In this document: positions 30,177-40,810 of the stretch, piece by piece
How positions within the stretch are numbered: the first letter of the stretch is position 1
Layout: every line of letters begins with the position of its first letter
NCBI GenBank assembly: GCA_963846575.1
Contig: CAWJWJ010000001.1
Location: 1,120,001-1,184,000, forward strand
Reading direction: 5' to 3'
DNA: 64,000 nucleotides
From: an uncultured Nitrospiraceae bacterium
GTDB taxonomy: Bacteria; Nitrospirota; Nitrospiria; Nitrospirales; Nitrospiraceae
Notes under the pieces: model-generated
What the model was told of the DNA's origin: nothing
The model's database searches: none
The model's input: only the letters and a program-made list of their open reading frames with translations
Program-made: the position numbers and the translations under genes

Positions 30177-30193
30177 GAATGCTCCTTACCCGC

Positions 30194-31600
30194 TCAGCCC
30201 GCATGCCGGACTTGTTCGGCCAGGCTCTCGAGTTGAGCCTGCGGCAACTTCCCCGTGGCGTTTCGAGGCAATGAGTCCACGAGATGTAACGGACGGGGAA
30301 GAAATACCGGATCGATGCGCTGTCGGAGGCCGGCGAGAATCGCGGCACGGCTGACACCTGGAGCCACGACGAAGGCGCTCAACCGGCCGTTGCCTGACCG
30401 GCCCTGATCGGGCCAATAAAAGGTGCCGTCCAGGACCCCCGCCACGCGAGTCAGGGCTGCATTCAGCGCCGCCAGGGAGGCGCGTTTGCCGGCCACCTTC
30501 ACCAGATCGTAATGCGGGCCATGCAGGAGGAATTCACGTCGAGTGCGCGGGGTAATGCGGTCCGTCAATAGGAGCCATTCGCCGACGTGGCCGCCCCTCA
30601 CCCAGGTGTGGCCGTCTTCCTGCCTCATGTGAAGCTGGTGCGCGAGCGTCCAGGCCTCTCGCTCGGTGGTACGGCGGGAAGCGATCATTCCGCCTTCCGT
30701 GCACCCATAGATTTCATGCACCGGCACGCGCCAGAGAGTTTCTGCCTGCTGGGCCACGTTGAGTGCGAGCGGCATGGTAGCGGACATAATGCCTTCGAGC
30801 CCCCGCAGCATCGTGTGTTCACTGAGATAGGCGTTGAGGTGAAAGGGCGTAGTCATCAACCAGGCCGGTGACTCCAGCCCTGCAAGATCGGTTCGAATAT
30901 CTGCCGGCAAGATCGAATTGCCGGCGTGCAGACTCCAGCCGCATTGCAGCGGCAGCATGATGGTCGTTTCCAATCCATACATGTGTTGCGCCGGCACGGT
31001 TCCCACCACGGTCCGCGGGGGAGTGCTCGAAAGATCGAACTGTTGGCCCAAGGCCTGGGCTCCCATCACCAGGGAACCCCAGCGTTTCGCATGCGCCTGA
31101 GGCAATCCGCTGCTCCCCGACGTAAACGCGATGGCGGCGATCTGGTCCGCTGGAATGGAAGGGTTGTCCGACGAGCCCACGCCCCGGCAGACCTGATCGT
31201 TGATGCGGAGGCGGGGAATGCCGCCGCTCACCTCGTCATGGTCCGTCAGGATGTAGGAGTCGGGATAACGTTGGGCGAGTTGTTGCAGCGATTGCTCCGC
31301 TCTGCAGGTAGGTAACAGGCTGATCTGCCGCGCCACCAACCCGGCGGCGAAGCCGATGGCAAACGAGTAGCGATCCTTGCAAAGATTGATCGCATACCGT
31401 TTTTTAGGCAGCCGTGCAGCCAGCGCCCACACCGATCGAAGAAACTCCTGGACGGAGTAGTCCCGCTCGCGCCGCCGGGCTAAAGTGCCGGTGCTGGAAT
31501 GTTGTTTGAGCAGCGCATAACAGGCCGGCGTGGCCACAGGGCGGGCGTAGACTCTCCGCCCATGAGAAGCCGGGGCGATTTGGGCATCGGTCGAACGCAT
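30194..31600 (-). CDS. AMP-dependent acyl/aryl-ACP ligase (XanA2-like)
   Basis: FTSGSSGLP, QHMYG, EIYGCTE, LPRNATGK. Confidence 0.85.
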   Translation of the reverse strand: MRSTDAQIAPASHGRRVYARPVATPACYALLKQHSSTGTLARRRERDYSVQEFLRSVWALAARLPKKRYAINLCKDRYSFAIGFAAGLVARQISLLPTCRAEQSLQQLAQRYPDSYILTDHDEVSGGIPRLRINDQVCRGVGSSDNPSIPADQIAAIAFTSGSSGLPQAHAKRWGSLVMGAQALGQQFDLSSTPPRTVVGTVPAQHMYGLETTIMLPLQCGWSLHAGNSILPADIRTDLAGLESPAWLMTTPFHLNAYLSEHTMLRGLEGIMSATMPLALNVAQQAETLWRVPVHEIYGCTEGGMIASRRTTEREAWTLAHQLHMRQEDGHTWVRGGHVGEWLLLTDRITPRTRREFLLHGPHYDLVKVAGKRASLAALNAALTRVAGVLDGTFYWPDQGRSGNGRLSAFVVAPGVSRAAILAGLRQRIDPVFLPRPLHLVDSLPRNATGKLPQAQLESLAEQVRHAG

Positions 31601-31881
31601 TAGCGAGTCCGGTGTCGGGCGATGTGGGTGGACAAAGCACGTAACGAGGCGAGCGCCTCCCGGTTCTCCGAACGCAACTCGACGCCATAACGTTTGGAGA
31701 TCGCCAGGGCGATTTCCAGCATGTCGATGGAATCCAATCCCAGCCCGTCACCGAAGAGGGCCGCCTCGGGATCGATGTTCTGCGGGAGCATCTCGAGCCT
31801 GAGAGCCTCCACAATGAGGCTGGCTATGTCCGGCTCTAAACCACCTTCTGTTCCGGGACTCGCTTGTATTGGTGCTCCCAT
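31600..31881 (-). CDS. Acyl carrier protein
   Basis: GLGLDSIDMLE phosphopantetheinylation motif. Confidence 0.9.
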   Translation of the reverse strand: MGAPIQASPGTEGGLEPDIASLIVEALRLEMLPQNIDPEAALFGDGLGLDSIDMLEIALAISKRYGVELRSENREALASLRALSTHIARHRTR

Positions 31882-31882
31882 A

Positions 31883-32713
31883 TCATTGTGCCTCTTGGAG
31901 TGTGGCTGCGGGGCGTTCGGTCAAGGAGTAGGGCTGGGTACGCCGGAGAGCGGTTTCCAGGAGTTCCTCCGGATCATCGAAGAATGGTTTGGGATGCAGG
32001 GGAAGGCCCAGGTCCGCCGCCTCGTTGACCAATAGACTCAGATAGTCAGCCAGGTGCTCTGCGGTATAGCTGTTGGTATCGTGAAAGGTCACAATCACCG
32101 GGATGCTGCGATTCACCACGGGTAGCGCCCCGCGCAGGAATTGGCCCCGCAACCCTGCCAGCTGTGAGCGAAAACTCCATCGCCTGAGCAGATGGATGCC
32201 CCAGTTCACTCCGTCGAAGGCCTTCACATCCGACAACAGCATGTGGAGTCGATGGCGGCTGTACCGGTACAGGGTAGACGAATTGAATAACCAGTAGGGC
32301 GGTCTCACCAGCAGAGTGGGGCGGCCCGTGATACGACCGATGTCGTCCTTTCCGTCCAGCAGAGAACGATCCAGATCCGTCACGCCCATGCCGGTATGGC
32401 TGACATGTCCGCGAGGGGTCCCGGTGTGCAGACCCAAGAGATGTCCTTCCGCATGTTCAATGGCCAACATGGCCCGGCCTTCGGTCGAGCCACCACCCTG
32501 CGGGTGCCTGGTCTGGACGAAAAAAATGGCTTTCACATCCTGCTGCAGGGGATTGCGCGCCAGTTGCCGCAACACCTTGCCGGTATTGGCGTGCGGCCCG
32601 TCATCGAACGAGAGCAGGAAGCGCAGGGCGAGCCGCGAGTCGCTCGAACCGGTCGCGACGTCGGTCACCGCTCCGGTTTTGTCCGTCCCCATGAGGGCCG
32701 CATCTGTGTGCAT
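31883..32713 (-). CDS. Polysaccharide deacetylase (CE4/NodB) domain protein
   Basis: SFDDGP, His pair, RPPY, FHD. Confidence 0.8.
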   Translation of the reverse strand: MHTDAALMGTDKTGAVTDVATGSSDSRLALRFLLSFDDGPHANTGKVLRQLARNPLQQDVKAIFFVQTRHPQGGGSTEGRAMLAIEHAEGHLLGLHTGTPRGHVSHTGMGVTDLDRSLLDGKDDIGRITGRPTLLVRPPYWLFNSSTLYRYSRHRLHMLLSDVKAFDGVNWGIHLLRRWSFRSQLAGLRGQFLRGALPVVNRSIPVIVTFHDTNSYTAEHLADYLSLLVNEAADLGLPLHPKPFFDDPEELLETALRRTQPYSLTERPAATLQEAQ

Positions 32714-32735
32714 GGCGCCGTTTCTTCCTTGATCC

Positions 32736-33011
32736 TTATGACCTGCTAGAGACCACTTTGCCCGTGCACATATACGTGTTGGTGTAGATCCAGGCGATCG
32801 GTCCGGAACTGGGCTGCTGCTGCATATCCGTGAGACGCACGTTGACGTTCAAATTTTTCGCGTCTTCTTTCAAATTCTCAATGCAGCCTTGCGGGGAACG
32901 GCCGCTGGAAATGACCTTTTCGATCTCATTCGACTCGAAGTTGGGGATGGTGTAGTGCGGACCGCAGCCCGCGATCAACAGGATGGCTCCAAATGCCCAC
33001 AGACTCTTCAT
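32736..33011 (-). CDS. Small hypothetical lipoprotein
   Basis: Lipobox LIAGC, AAGGGAG RBS; first gene of the cluster. Confidence 0.65.
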   Translation of the reverse strand: MKSLWAFGAILLIAGCGPHYTIPNFESNEIEKVISSGRSPQGCIENLKEDAKNLNVNVRLTDMQQQPSSGPIAWIYTNTYMCTGKVVSSRS

Positions 33012-33236
33012 GACGGCTCTCCCTTGGTTGACGGTAAAAACTAACGCGTACCTCTTAGCCCGAATGTATGAAAGTGAGCCAAGTTTCCATACTGGGAGGA
33101 CCCCTAGTCAGACATTCGGGAACCCCGAGTTCCCCTAGGGCCGTTCAAAAGTGCACCGCTTGCGGACCTCCGGCGCAGACCATACAATGCCCGGCCTATC
33201 CCATCCCGACCTTCATCATCTTGCAGGGAGGAGTCT

Positions 33237-35741
33237 ATGCCCACCAGGAAAAGCCCGTCGCCCGATCCGTCCGTCGGTTCCAGCCGGGGATCAGCGGCGG
33301 AAGATTTTGAGAAGTTGGGCGTCTTTTACCTTGGACGGCCTTATGACCTCGCCGGTAAACGGTCCAAGCCGGGCCTGCTGCTGTATGACTCCAAGGATCT
33401 GGTGACCCATGCAGTCTGTGTCGGCATGACCGGGAGCGGGAAGACCGGGCTCTGCGTCGGTCTCCTGGAAGAAGCCGCGATTGACGGCATCCCGGCCATC
33501 GTCATCGACCCGAAGGGCGATCTGGGCAACCTCCTGCTCACCTTCCCTCAACTGCGCGGAGAGGACTTCGCGCCCTGGATCAATGAGCACGACGCGAGGA
33601 AGAAGGGCCTCTCGCCGGCCGACTATGCGGCCCAGCAGGCTGCACTGTGGCAGAAGGGGTTGGGTGAATGGGGCCAGAGCGGCGAGCGGATTCAAAAATT
33701 GCGCGAGGCGGCAGAGTGTGTCGTGTATACGCCGGGCAGCAACGCGGGCCTGCCGGTGTCGATTTTGAAATCCTTTGCCGCTCCACCGCAGGAAATGAGG
33801 GACGATGAAGAACTCCTGCGCGAGCGTATCAGCACCACGGTGACCAGCGTGCTCGGTCTCGTCGGTGTCCAGGCCGACCCGATCAAGAGTCGTGAGCACA
33901 TTCTCCTCGCGTCGATTCTGGACAGCGCCTGGCGAAGGGGCCTGGACCTCGACTTACCGATGCTGATTCAGCAGATTCAAACCCCTCCGATGACGAAGGT
34001 CGGCGTCCTCGATGTGGACTCTTTTTTCCCCGCGAACGAGCGATTCGCCCTGGCCATGCTGTTGAACAACCTGCTCGCCGCGCCGGGCTTCGGGGCCTGG
34101 ATGGAAGGCGAGGCCCTGGATATCGGACGCCTGCTGTACGGCCCCTCCGGAAAGCCGCGCATCGCAATTTTTTCGATCGCCCATTTGAGCGACGCCGAAC
34201 GGATGTTTTTTGTGGCGCTCCTGTTGAACCAGATGTTGGGATGGGTCCGGGCGCAATCCGGCACGACCAGCCTGCGAGCGCTCCTCTACATGGACGAAAT
34301 TTTCGGTTACTTCCCTCCGGTCGCAAACCCGCCGTCCAAGGCTCCGCTGTTGACGCTGCTCAAACAGGCGCGCGCCTTTGGGGTCGGCATCGTCCTGGCG
34401 ACTCAAAATCCAGTCGACCTCGACTATAAGGGACTGGCTAATACCGGCACCTGGTTCATCGGGCGCCTGCAAACCGAACGCGACAAGGCGCGGGTAATTG
34501 AGGGCCTGGAAGGGGCTGCGGCCGGCAGCGGGACCAGGTTCGATCGCCAACGCATGGAACAGATTCTCGCCGGGCTGGGGAATCGCGTCTTCCTGTTAAA
34601 TAACGTCCATGAAGACGCCCCGGAGGTGTTCCAGACCCGCTGGACCCTCTCGTACTTGCGTGGCCCGCTGACGCGCACCCAGATCAAACGGTTGATGGAA
34701 CCACTCAAGGCTGCAGGGCCGGGTGGTGAATCCACGGGGACGGTAGGGAACGGGGATGCCGGGGTCGACCTAGTGACTGGGAGCAGCGTCTCACGCCCGA
34801 TGCTGCCGCCGGACGTGGGCCAATATTTTATTCCGGTGCGTGGGGCGCCACAGGGCGGCGAGGGAGTGGTCTATCGGCCGATGGTGCTGGGCGCCGCGCA
34901 GGTGCGGTTCGTGGATGGCAAGATGGGTGTGGATACCAATGAGGCCGTGACGTGGGTGGCTCCGATCCGGCAGGGAGCGGTTCCGGTCGAGTGGGACCAG
35001 GCGGCCCCCCTCTCACTGTCCCCGGCGGATCTGGAGCCTGATCCGTTCGGTTCTGCGCGATTCGCCCCGCTACCCGGCCCGGCGAGCAAGGCCAAACAGT
35101 ATGAGACCTGGAAAAGTGAGTTGTCGGGATGGCTCTACCGCACGCAGCATCTCGATCTCTTCCGCAGCCCGAGCACGAAGGAGCTGTCGAGGCCTGGTGA
35201 GTCCGAGCGTGATTTTCGCCTGCGTCTTCAACTGGCTGGCCGGGAACACCGTGACCTTCAGAGCGATGGCCTGCGAAAAAAATACGCACCGAAGATTGCG
35301 ACGCTTCAAGATCGCATCCGCCGGGCCGGGCAGATGGTCGAACGGCAGCAGACGGAATCGCGCAGCAGCCAGGTCCAGGCCGTCATTTCGATCGGTGCGA
35401 CTATTCTGGGAGCGTTCCTGGGACGCAAGGCTATCAGTGCGACCAATATTGGCAAGGCTTCGACCGCAATCCGCGGCGCCGGCCGGGTGATCAAAGAATC
35501 GAAAGACGTGAGTCATGCCGAGGACAATTTGGCGGCGCTTCAGGAGCAATTGGATGGATTGGAGTTCCAGTTCAAGGCTGAAATGAACAGGCTGGCAGTC
35601 GAGACCGACCCGCTAACGGAAAAGCTCGAGCGGCTGTCGTTGAAACCCACCAAGTCCAATATCGTCGTCTCGCTCGTGGCCCTGGCCTGGGCCCCGCATT
35701 GGCAGGACGGCAACGGGATGCTGGTGCCCGCCTGGGAATGA
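33237..35741 (+). CDS. HerA/FtsK-superfamily (DUF87/DUF853-like) ATPase with C-terminal coiled coil
   Basis: GMTGSGKT, IDPKGD, LYMDE, KQARAFG, ATQNP. Confidence 0.8.
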   Translation: MPTRKSPSPDPSVGSSRGSAAEDFEKLGVFYLGRPYDLAGKRSKPGLLLYDSKDLVTHAVCVGMTGSGKTGLCVGLLEEAAIDGIPAIVIDPKGDLGNLLLTFPQLRGEDFAPWINEHDARKKGLSPADYAAQQAALWQKGLGEWGQSGERIQKLREAAECVVYTPGSNAGLPVSILKSFAAPPQEMRDDEELLRERISTTVTSVLGLVGVQADPIKSREHILLASILDSAWRRGLDLDLPMLIQQIQTPPMTKVGVLDVDSFFPANERFALAMLLNNLLAAPGFGAWMEGEALDIGRLLYGPSGKPRIAIFSIAHLSDAERMFFVALLLNQMLGWVRAQSGTTSLRALLYMDEIFGYFPPVANPPSKAPLLTLLKQARAFGVGIVLATQNPVDLDYKGLANTGTWFIGRLQTERDKARVIEGLEGAAAGSGTRFDRQRMEQILAGLGNRVFLLNNVHEDAPEVFQTRWTLSYLRGPLTRTQIKRLMEPLKAAGPGGESTGTVGNGDAGVDLVTGSSVSRPMLPPDVGQYFIPVRGAPQGGEGVVYRPMVLGAAQVRFVDGKMGVDTNEAVTWVAPIRQGAVPVEWDQAAPLSLSPADLEPDPFGSARFAPLPGPASKAKQYETWKSELSGWLYRTQHLDLFRSPSTKELSRPGESERDFRLRLQLAGREHRDLQSDGLRKKYAPKIATLQDRIRRAGQMVERQQTESRSSQVQAVISIGATILGAFLGRKAISATNIGKASTAIRGAGRVIKESKDVSHAEDNLAALQEQLDGLEFQFKAEMNRLAVETDPLTEKLERLSLKPTKSNIVVSLVALAWAPHWQDGNGMLVPAWE

Positions 35742-35841
35742 GCGCCAGGGAGCCACGGTGAACCGGTGCGACGCGCCGCTCGTCAAACACTCCTGCGGGA
35801 ATCACGAGGGACTTCCAAACCGGGACATGTCGACGGGGAGG

Positions 35842-36402
35842 TTAATGCGGCTTGCGGTCTCGTAACATCAGCTTGTCGGTATAGGCCAACAGGATGGCGG
35901 ATCCCAGGAAGGTCATGTGAATGAAGATCTTCCATTTCACGTGCTCGGGATCTTCGTTCGCGATATCGACGAACGACTTGAGGAGATGGATGCTGGAGAT
36001 TCCGACCAGGGACGCAGCCAATTTGATCTTGATGGTGCCCGGGTCCACATGCGTGAGCCATTCAGGGCGATCGGGGTGAGTGTCCAGATCGAGCTTGCTC
36101 ACGAACGTGGCGTATCCGCCGATGATGACCATCGCCAGCAGATTGGCCACCATCGTCACATCGATCAGTCCGAGCACACCCAACATCAATTTGGTCTCTT
36201 CCAGCTGCCTGAAATGGATGGCCATCTCCCAGAGTTCAAGCAGGAACTTGAGGGCATACATCAGTTCGGCAATGATGAGGCCGCCATACAGCGGCGCCTG
36301 AATCCACCGGCTGCCAAAGACCAGGAATTCGAATGCCTGCTCAACGCGGCTGAGGACTGTGGTGGGTGATGGTGCGGGACCGGACGGGGACGGATGACTC
36401 AC
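35842..36402 (-). CDS. UPF0114/YqhA (TIGR00645) membrane protein
   Basis: SRWIQAPLY, LIDVTMVANL, GGYATFVSK, ISSIHLL. Confidence 0.9.
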   Translation of the reverse strand: MSHPSPSGPAPSPTTVLSRVEQAFEFLVFGSRWIQAPLYGGLIIAELMYALKFLLELWEMAIHFRQLEETKLMLGVLGLIDVTMVANLLAMVIIGGYATFVSKLDLDTHPDRPEWLTHVDPGTIKIKLAASLVGISSIHLLKSFVDIANEDPEHVKWKIFIHMTFLGSAILLAYTDKLMLRDRKPH

Positions 36403-36526
36403 GCGTACACTCGCTCTCCTTCGTAAGCGCGTATCCTAGTGCGCGCGCCCTGTTCTGTCAATTGTCGGATGAGTTACGCGCATTCAGAAAGATTGGGGGC
36501 GCAGATCGCGAGATCGGCAGACCCCG

Positions 36527-39500
36527 TTAAGCCGCCGTCTGGTTGCGCTTGGGGAGCCAGGCGTCGAGGATGGTCTGGAGGTCCTTGGGCCGGATCGGTT
36601 TGGCCACATAGTCGTCCATCCCCGCGGCGAGACATTTCTCGCGATCACCCTTCATGGCATTTGCGGTCATGGCGATGATCGGCGTGTGGGCTGAAGCGCC
36701 TTCGATCTTTCTGATCAGGGCCGTGGCTTCGAAGCCGTCCATCTCCGGCATCTGACAGTCCATGAAGATCAATGGATAGGGGGTGCGTTCGTGGGCGGCG
36801 ACGGCTTCCCGTCCGGTGCCCACAATGTCGACCCGACAGCCCAATTTCTCCAGCATCCTGCAGGCGACCTTCTGGTTCACCGGGTTGTCCTCCGCCACCA
36901 GCGCCCGTGTAAGGACCAGTGTCTTGGCTTCGACCGGCGCGCGCTGCGTGACCGGCGGCGGCGCGAGGGTTTGTGCCGATTCACCGATCGGGGCGCCGAC
37001 CAACAGGCAGAGGCAGTCGAGCAGTGGCTTCTGTCGCAGGGGTTTCGTCAGCGAGGCATCAAGACCCGGAAGCTGCCCGGTGCTGGCTTCTCCGCGTCGC
37101 GCGATCGTCGTCAGAGCGACCGTTCGCGTCCTTGCGGTCGCAGGTTCGTTCTTCAGACCGGTGGCTGTGTCGCAGCCCTCCATTCCCGGAAGGCGCAATT
37201 CGATCAACGCGACGTCGTACGGTTGCTGGTTGGCTGCGGCGGTGCGCGCCAGCTCGAGAGCTTCGGTTCCGGTTTCCGCTTCCGTACAGTCCATTCCGTA
37301 GTCAACGAGAAGCTGCCGGACGGCTTGCCTGGTGGTGGCATGGCGGTCCATCACCAGAATGCGGCGTCCACGAAGCTGTGGCCGTGAAATCGCGGCTGAC
37401 GGAAGGGGGAGCGACGCCTCAGGAAGTGTGGCGGTAAACCAGAAGGTGCTGCCCTGGCCTGGCTGGCTCTCGATTCCGATCCGGCCCTGCATTTGGTGAA
37501 CGAGCCGCTGGCAGATGGTCAGGCCGAGGCCCGTCCCGCCGAACCGGCGGGTGGTCGAACTGTCGGCCTGAGTAAACGGTTGGAACAGTCTCGCCTGCAT
37601 GGCCTCGGGGATGCCGATCCCGGTGTCCATCACGGCAAACCTGAACGAGTCCGGTTGCCCACGGGGTTCGGGGGTTACGCGCAGGAATACCTCCCCCTTG
37701 GCGGTGAACTTGATCGCATTGGCGACCAGGTTGACCAGGATTTGACGCAATCGTCCGGGGTCGCCGAGCACGCCGGCGGGAACTGCGGCATCGACCAGTG
37801 AAATCAGCTCAAGGCCTTTGATCTGGGCCTGTTCGGCGAGCAGATCCAGGGTATCTTCTATGGTCGTCCGGAGGTCGAAGGCCAGGGTTTCGAAATGCAG
37901 TTTGCCGGCTTCGATTTTCGAGAAATCGAGGATATCGTTGACCAGGGTCAGGAGGGCGTCGCTGGATCGGCGGACCGTGTCGGCAAACTCACGTTGGTCG
38001 TCGGTGAGCGTGGTATCGAGCAGGAGTCCCGTCATTCCGATGATGGCGTTCATCGGGGTTCTGATTTCGTGGCTCATGGTCGCCAGGAAGTCGGCCTTGA
38101 GCTGAACGGCCTGAAGCGCCTCGTCTCTCGCCTTGGCCAGTTCGATGTTCTTCTGCCCCATGTCGCGCGCCGCTTGCAGCAGAGCCGCTTCAGTCTCCTT
38201 GCGTTCCGTGACATCTTTGCCCAACAGGAGAAATCCGGTGATGATGTCGCCTTCGTTGCGAAGGGCCGTGATGGTCACGAGCACGGTCAAGCGGGTCCCG
38301 TCTTTCCTGACGTAGGTCCATTCCCGTTCGTCATAGGCGTCCCGACGTGCTGGTTCGACGAGGACGTCGAACCCCCCGACAGGGCGTCCACACAAGGTAC
38401 TCAGCTCACGGCCCCGCTGTTCCATTTCGGTGGGAAGGTGCAGCAGGCCGGGTGAATGGTTGCCCACCATCTCCTCGGCCGAATATCCCAGCATCAGTTC
38501 CGCCCCCGTATTGAATGTCGTGATCAGGCCCGTCGTGTCGGTCGCAATGATGGCTACTCGCCTGGCGGCGGACAGGATGCCCATGAGTTGGGAATTGGTC
38601 GACAGGAGGGCCTGTTCCAGATGTTTACGCTCAGTCACATCGGTCGCGATGATCAAAAAAGCATTCTTCCCCTCGAATGGGACCGGCGACGCGGTCACTT
38701 CAACCGTGATCGAGCTTCCGTCGAGCCGGTAGAAATTCTCCTCGATTCTGGGCACAGCCCGCCCCGTCGCGCTCATGGCGGCCAGGCGTGCCTGCACCAG
38801 CGCACGCGAGTCCGGATGAATGAAGTCGAAGACCTGCCGTCCCGTCAGTTCGGCGGGGGTTCGCGCTCCCAGCAGATTCGCGCAGGCTTGATTGGCAAAT
38901 GCCATTCGACCGTCGCAGTTCACGAAGACCGCGGTGGGGGACAACTCCACGAGCGAGCGATACCGCGTCTCGCTGACGCGAACGGCGGTTTCCAACTGTT
39001 TGGCGGCGGTGATGTCGACGGCGATCCCCGCCAGGCGATACACCCTCCCCTCCTGATCCTTGATGGGGAACCCCCGGTCGCGAATCCACCGTACGTGTCC
39101 GTGGGGAGTCAGAATCCGGTACTCCTCGTCATAGGGAAGATAGGATTGACAGGCGGCTGCGAGCGCCACCCGTTCACGGTCTTCCGGGTGCACGCACTCG
39201 AGCCACAGCTGGGGATCTGCATGCAAGGCCTGGAGAGATCGGCCCCAGATCGTTTCGAACGCGCGGTTGATGTAGAGCAGTTGATGCTTGTCGACCGATC
39301 TGAGCCAGAATACGGCATCGATATGCTCAGCGAGCTGCCGGAAGCGTTCCTCGCTTTCTCCCATGGACGCTGGAATGCACGCTCGTCCGGACAGGTCGCG
39401 GAGGATACCGGCATATTTTCGTGAGGAGCCAACCTGCAACTCGGTTATGGATACGTCCAGATCAACCGTGGTGCCGTCCTTCCGTAACGCCGGCACTGCT

Positions 39501-40702
39501 CCGGATGAACAGGGAATCGTTCGTTGCCCGGTTCCGGGATCCGGTGAGAGCAGAAGGTCGTACTGCTTGCGATGGGAGGAAGGCACCAGCAGCGTGAGGT
39601 TCCGGCCCACGAGTTCATGGCCTGCATAGCCGAGGAGTCTGCCGACAGCGGGATTGATGCGTTCGATCCGGCCATGCTCGTCAACGACGATGATGCCGTC
39701 GCTCGTCTGTTCAAAGACCGACCCCATCGTCTCCTCATGGCCCTGCCATGGGGAACCGTTGCCATGGGAATCGGTGCCGTCCGGAACCGTCCCGGCCATG
39801 CAGGAGTCCGACTCCCGGCCGTCGTTGAGTGGATACCGCCCCTCAATAAGGGTCACGGTTCGTTCCTGGAGGTCAAGAAGCCGTTCGAATTGATCGATCC
39901 GTGCTTGGAGCTGGGTGACGGTCGCGTGCTGCGGTGCATGAGCGTCGTGGGCCACGGAGAGGGATGCCGCCGGACCCTGTAGCCACGGGGTCGTTTCGAC
40001 ATACGGGCTTAGGGCGATCTGCGCGCTAATCGCCAGGGGTTTGAACATCTGTGCTGTACGCTCGGGGATGAGATCCCGGCTGAATAGGACGATGGAAAAC
40101 CATTCCTCATCGGGGAGTGGTGCCCCGAATGCCAGCGCGGAACGGATGTCATAGGCGCCGATCCAATCCTCCCGCGCGGGACTGCTGGGGTTTCCCCCGT
40201 CCTGGAGCACATGCACGATGCTGAACGTGTGTGTGTGCGAACCGGATGGCCTTTCAGAGGAAGGGGCGGTGGAATGCGCAATCGCTCCGGCTATGTCATC
40301 GAAGAGTGCGCCGTATGGCGAGGAGTGCTCGAGTGTCTCGCGGCTGCCGACCGGGATGACGCAGCAGGCGCTGTAGCCGGTCGGGTCAGTCCAGCCCGGA
40401 ACGTCGCCGGCCGAAGCCAGGAGGGTCATGCACCTCAGGGAAGGATCGTCAGGAACCTTTCCTAGCCTGGAGGCGGCGGCGCGTCGAAGCTCCGGTGCGA
40501 GACGATGGTACTGTACCGTCTTATATAGTCGAACCAGGGGGCAACGCGGCTCTTCGGACTGACTCAGGTTCAACGACCCGTGCAGGGATCGAACGAGGCG
40601 TTCGGCGACCCTGCCCAGGTCAGTCGCGCCCGTCCCGAGCCTCAGGAGGTCGGTCGCGCAGGCCATCATGTCCCTGAGATGGAACGATCGCAGATGAAAC
40701 AT
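36527..40702 (-). CDS. Soluble hybrid histidine kinase: GAF-like N-terminus, 4 PAS, HisKA, HATPase, 2 REC
   Basis: MSHEIRTPMN, GDPGRLRQIL, GGTGLGL, FMDCQMPEMDG; PAS motifs HPEDR, HPDSR. Confidence 0.9.
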   Translation of the reverse strand: MFHLRSFHLRDMMACATDLLRLGTGATDLGRVAERLVRSLHGSLNLSQSEEPRCPLVRLYKTVQYHRLAPELRRAAASRLGKVPDDPSLRCMTLLASAGDVPGWTDPTGYSACCVIPVGSRETLEHSSPYGALFDDIAGAIAHSTAPSSERPSGSHTHTFSIVHVLQDGGNPSSPAREDWIGAYDIRSALAFGAPLPDEEWFSIVLFSRDLIPERTAQMFKPLAISAQIALSPYVETTPWLQGPAASLSVAHDAHAPQHATVTQLQARIDQFERLLDLQERTVTLIEGRYPLNDGRESDSCMAGTVPDGTDSHGNGSPWQGHEETMGSVFEQTSDGIIVVDEHGRIERINPAVGRLLGYAGHELVGRNLTLLVPSSHRKQYDLLLSPDPGTGQRTIPCSSGAVPALRKDGTTVDLDVSITELQVGSSRKYAGILRDLSGRACIPASMGESEERFRQLAEHIDAVFWLRSVDKHQLLYINRAFETIWGRSLQALHADPQLWLECVHPEDRERVALAAACQSYLPYDEEYRILTPHGHVRWIRDRGFPIKDQEGRVYRLAGIAVDITAAKQLETAVRVSETRYRSLVELSPTAVFVNCDGRMAFANQACANLLGARTPAELTGRQVFDFIHPDSRALVQARLAAMSATGRAVPRIEENFYRLDGSSITVEVTASPVPFEGKNAFLIIATDVTERKHLEQALLSTNSQLMGILSAARRVAIIATDTTGLITTFNTGAELMLGYSAEEMVGNHSPGLLHLPTEMEQRGRELSTLCGRPVGGFDVLVEPARRDAYDEREWTYVRKDGTRLTVLVTITALRNEGDIITGFLLLGKDVTERKETEAALLQAARDMGQKNIELAKARDEALQAVQLKADFLATMSHEIRTPMNAIIGMTGLLLDTTLTDDQREFADTVRRSSDALLTLVNDILDFSKIEAGKLHFETLAFDLRTTIEDTLDLLAEQAQIKGLELISLVDAAVPAGVLGDPGRLRQILVNLVANAIKFTAKGEVFLRVTPEPRGQPDSFRFAVMDTGIGIPEAMQARLFQPFTQADSSTTRRFGGTGLGLTICQRLVHQMQGRIGIESQPGQGSTFWFTATLPEASLPLPSAAISRPQLRGRRILVMDRHATTRQAVRQLLVDYGMDCTEAETGTEALELARTAAANQQPYDVALIELRLPGMEGCDTATGLKNEPATARTRTVALTTIARRGEASTGQLPGLDASLTKPLRQKPLLDCLCLLVGAPIGESAQTLAPPPVTQRAPVEAKTLVLTRALVAEDNPVNQKVACRMLEKLGCRVDIVGTGREAVAAHERTPYPLIFMDCQMPEMDGFEATALIRKIEGASAHTPIIAMTANAMKGDREKCLAAGMDDYVAKPIRPKDLQTILDAWLPKRNQTAA

Positions 40703-40810
40703 CTGCCGAATAAACCCCCGGACCCAGAAAGAGTTTGCCGGATACTCTCTCGGTGCGCCGGAGGAGGAACTTGAGGCCGCGCTCCCGACGATGACGACGC
40801 CTGGCCGCGA

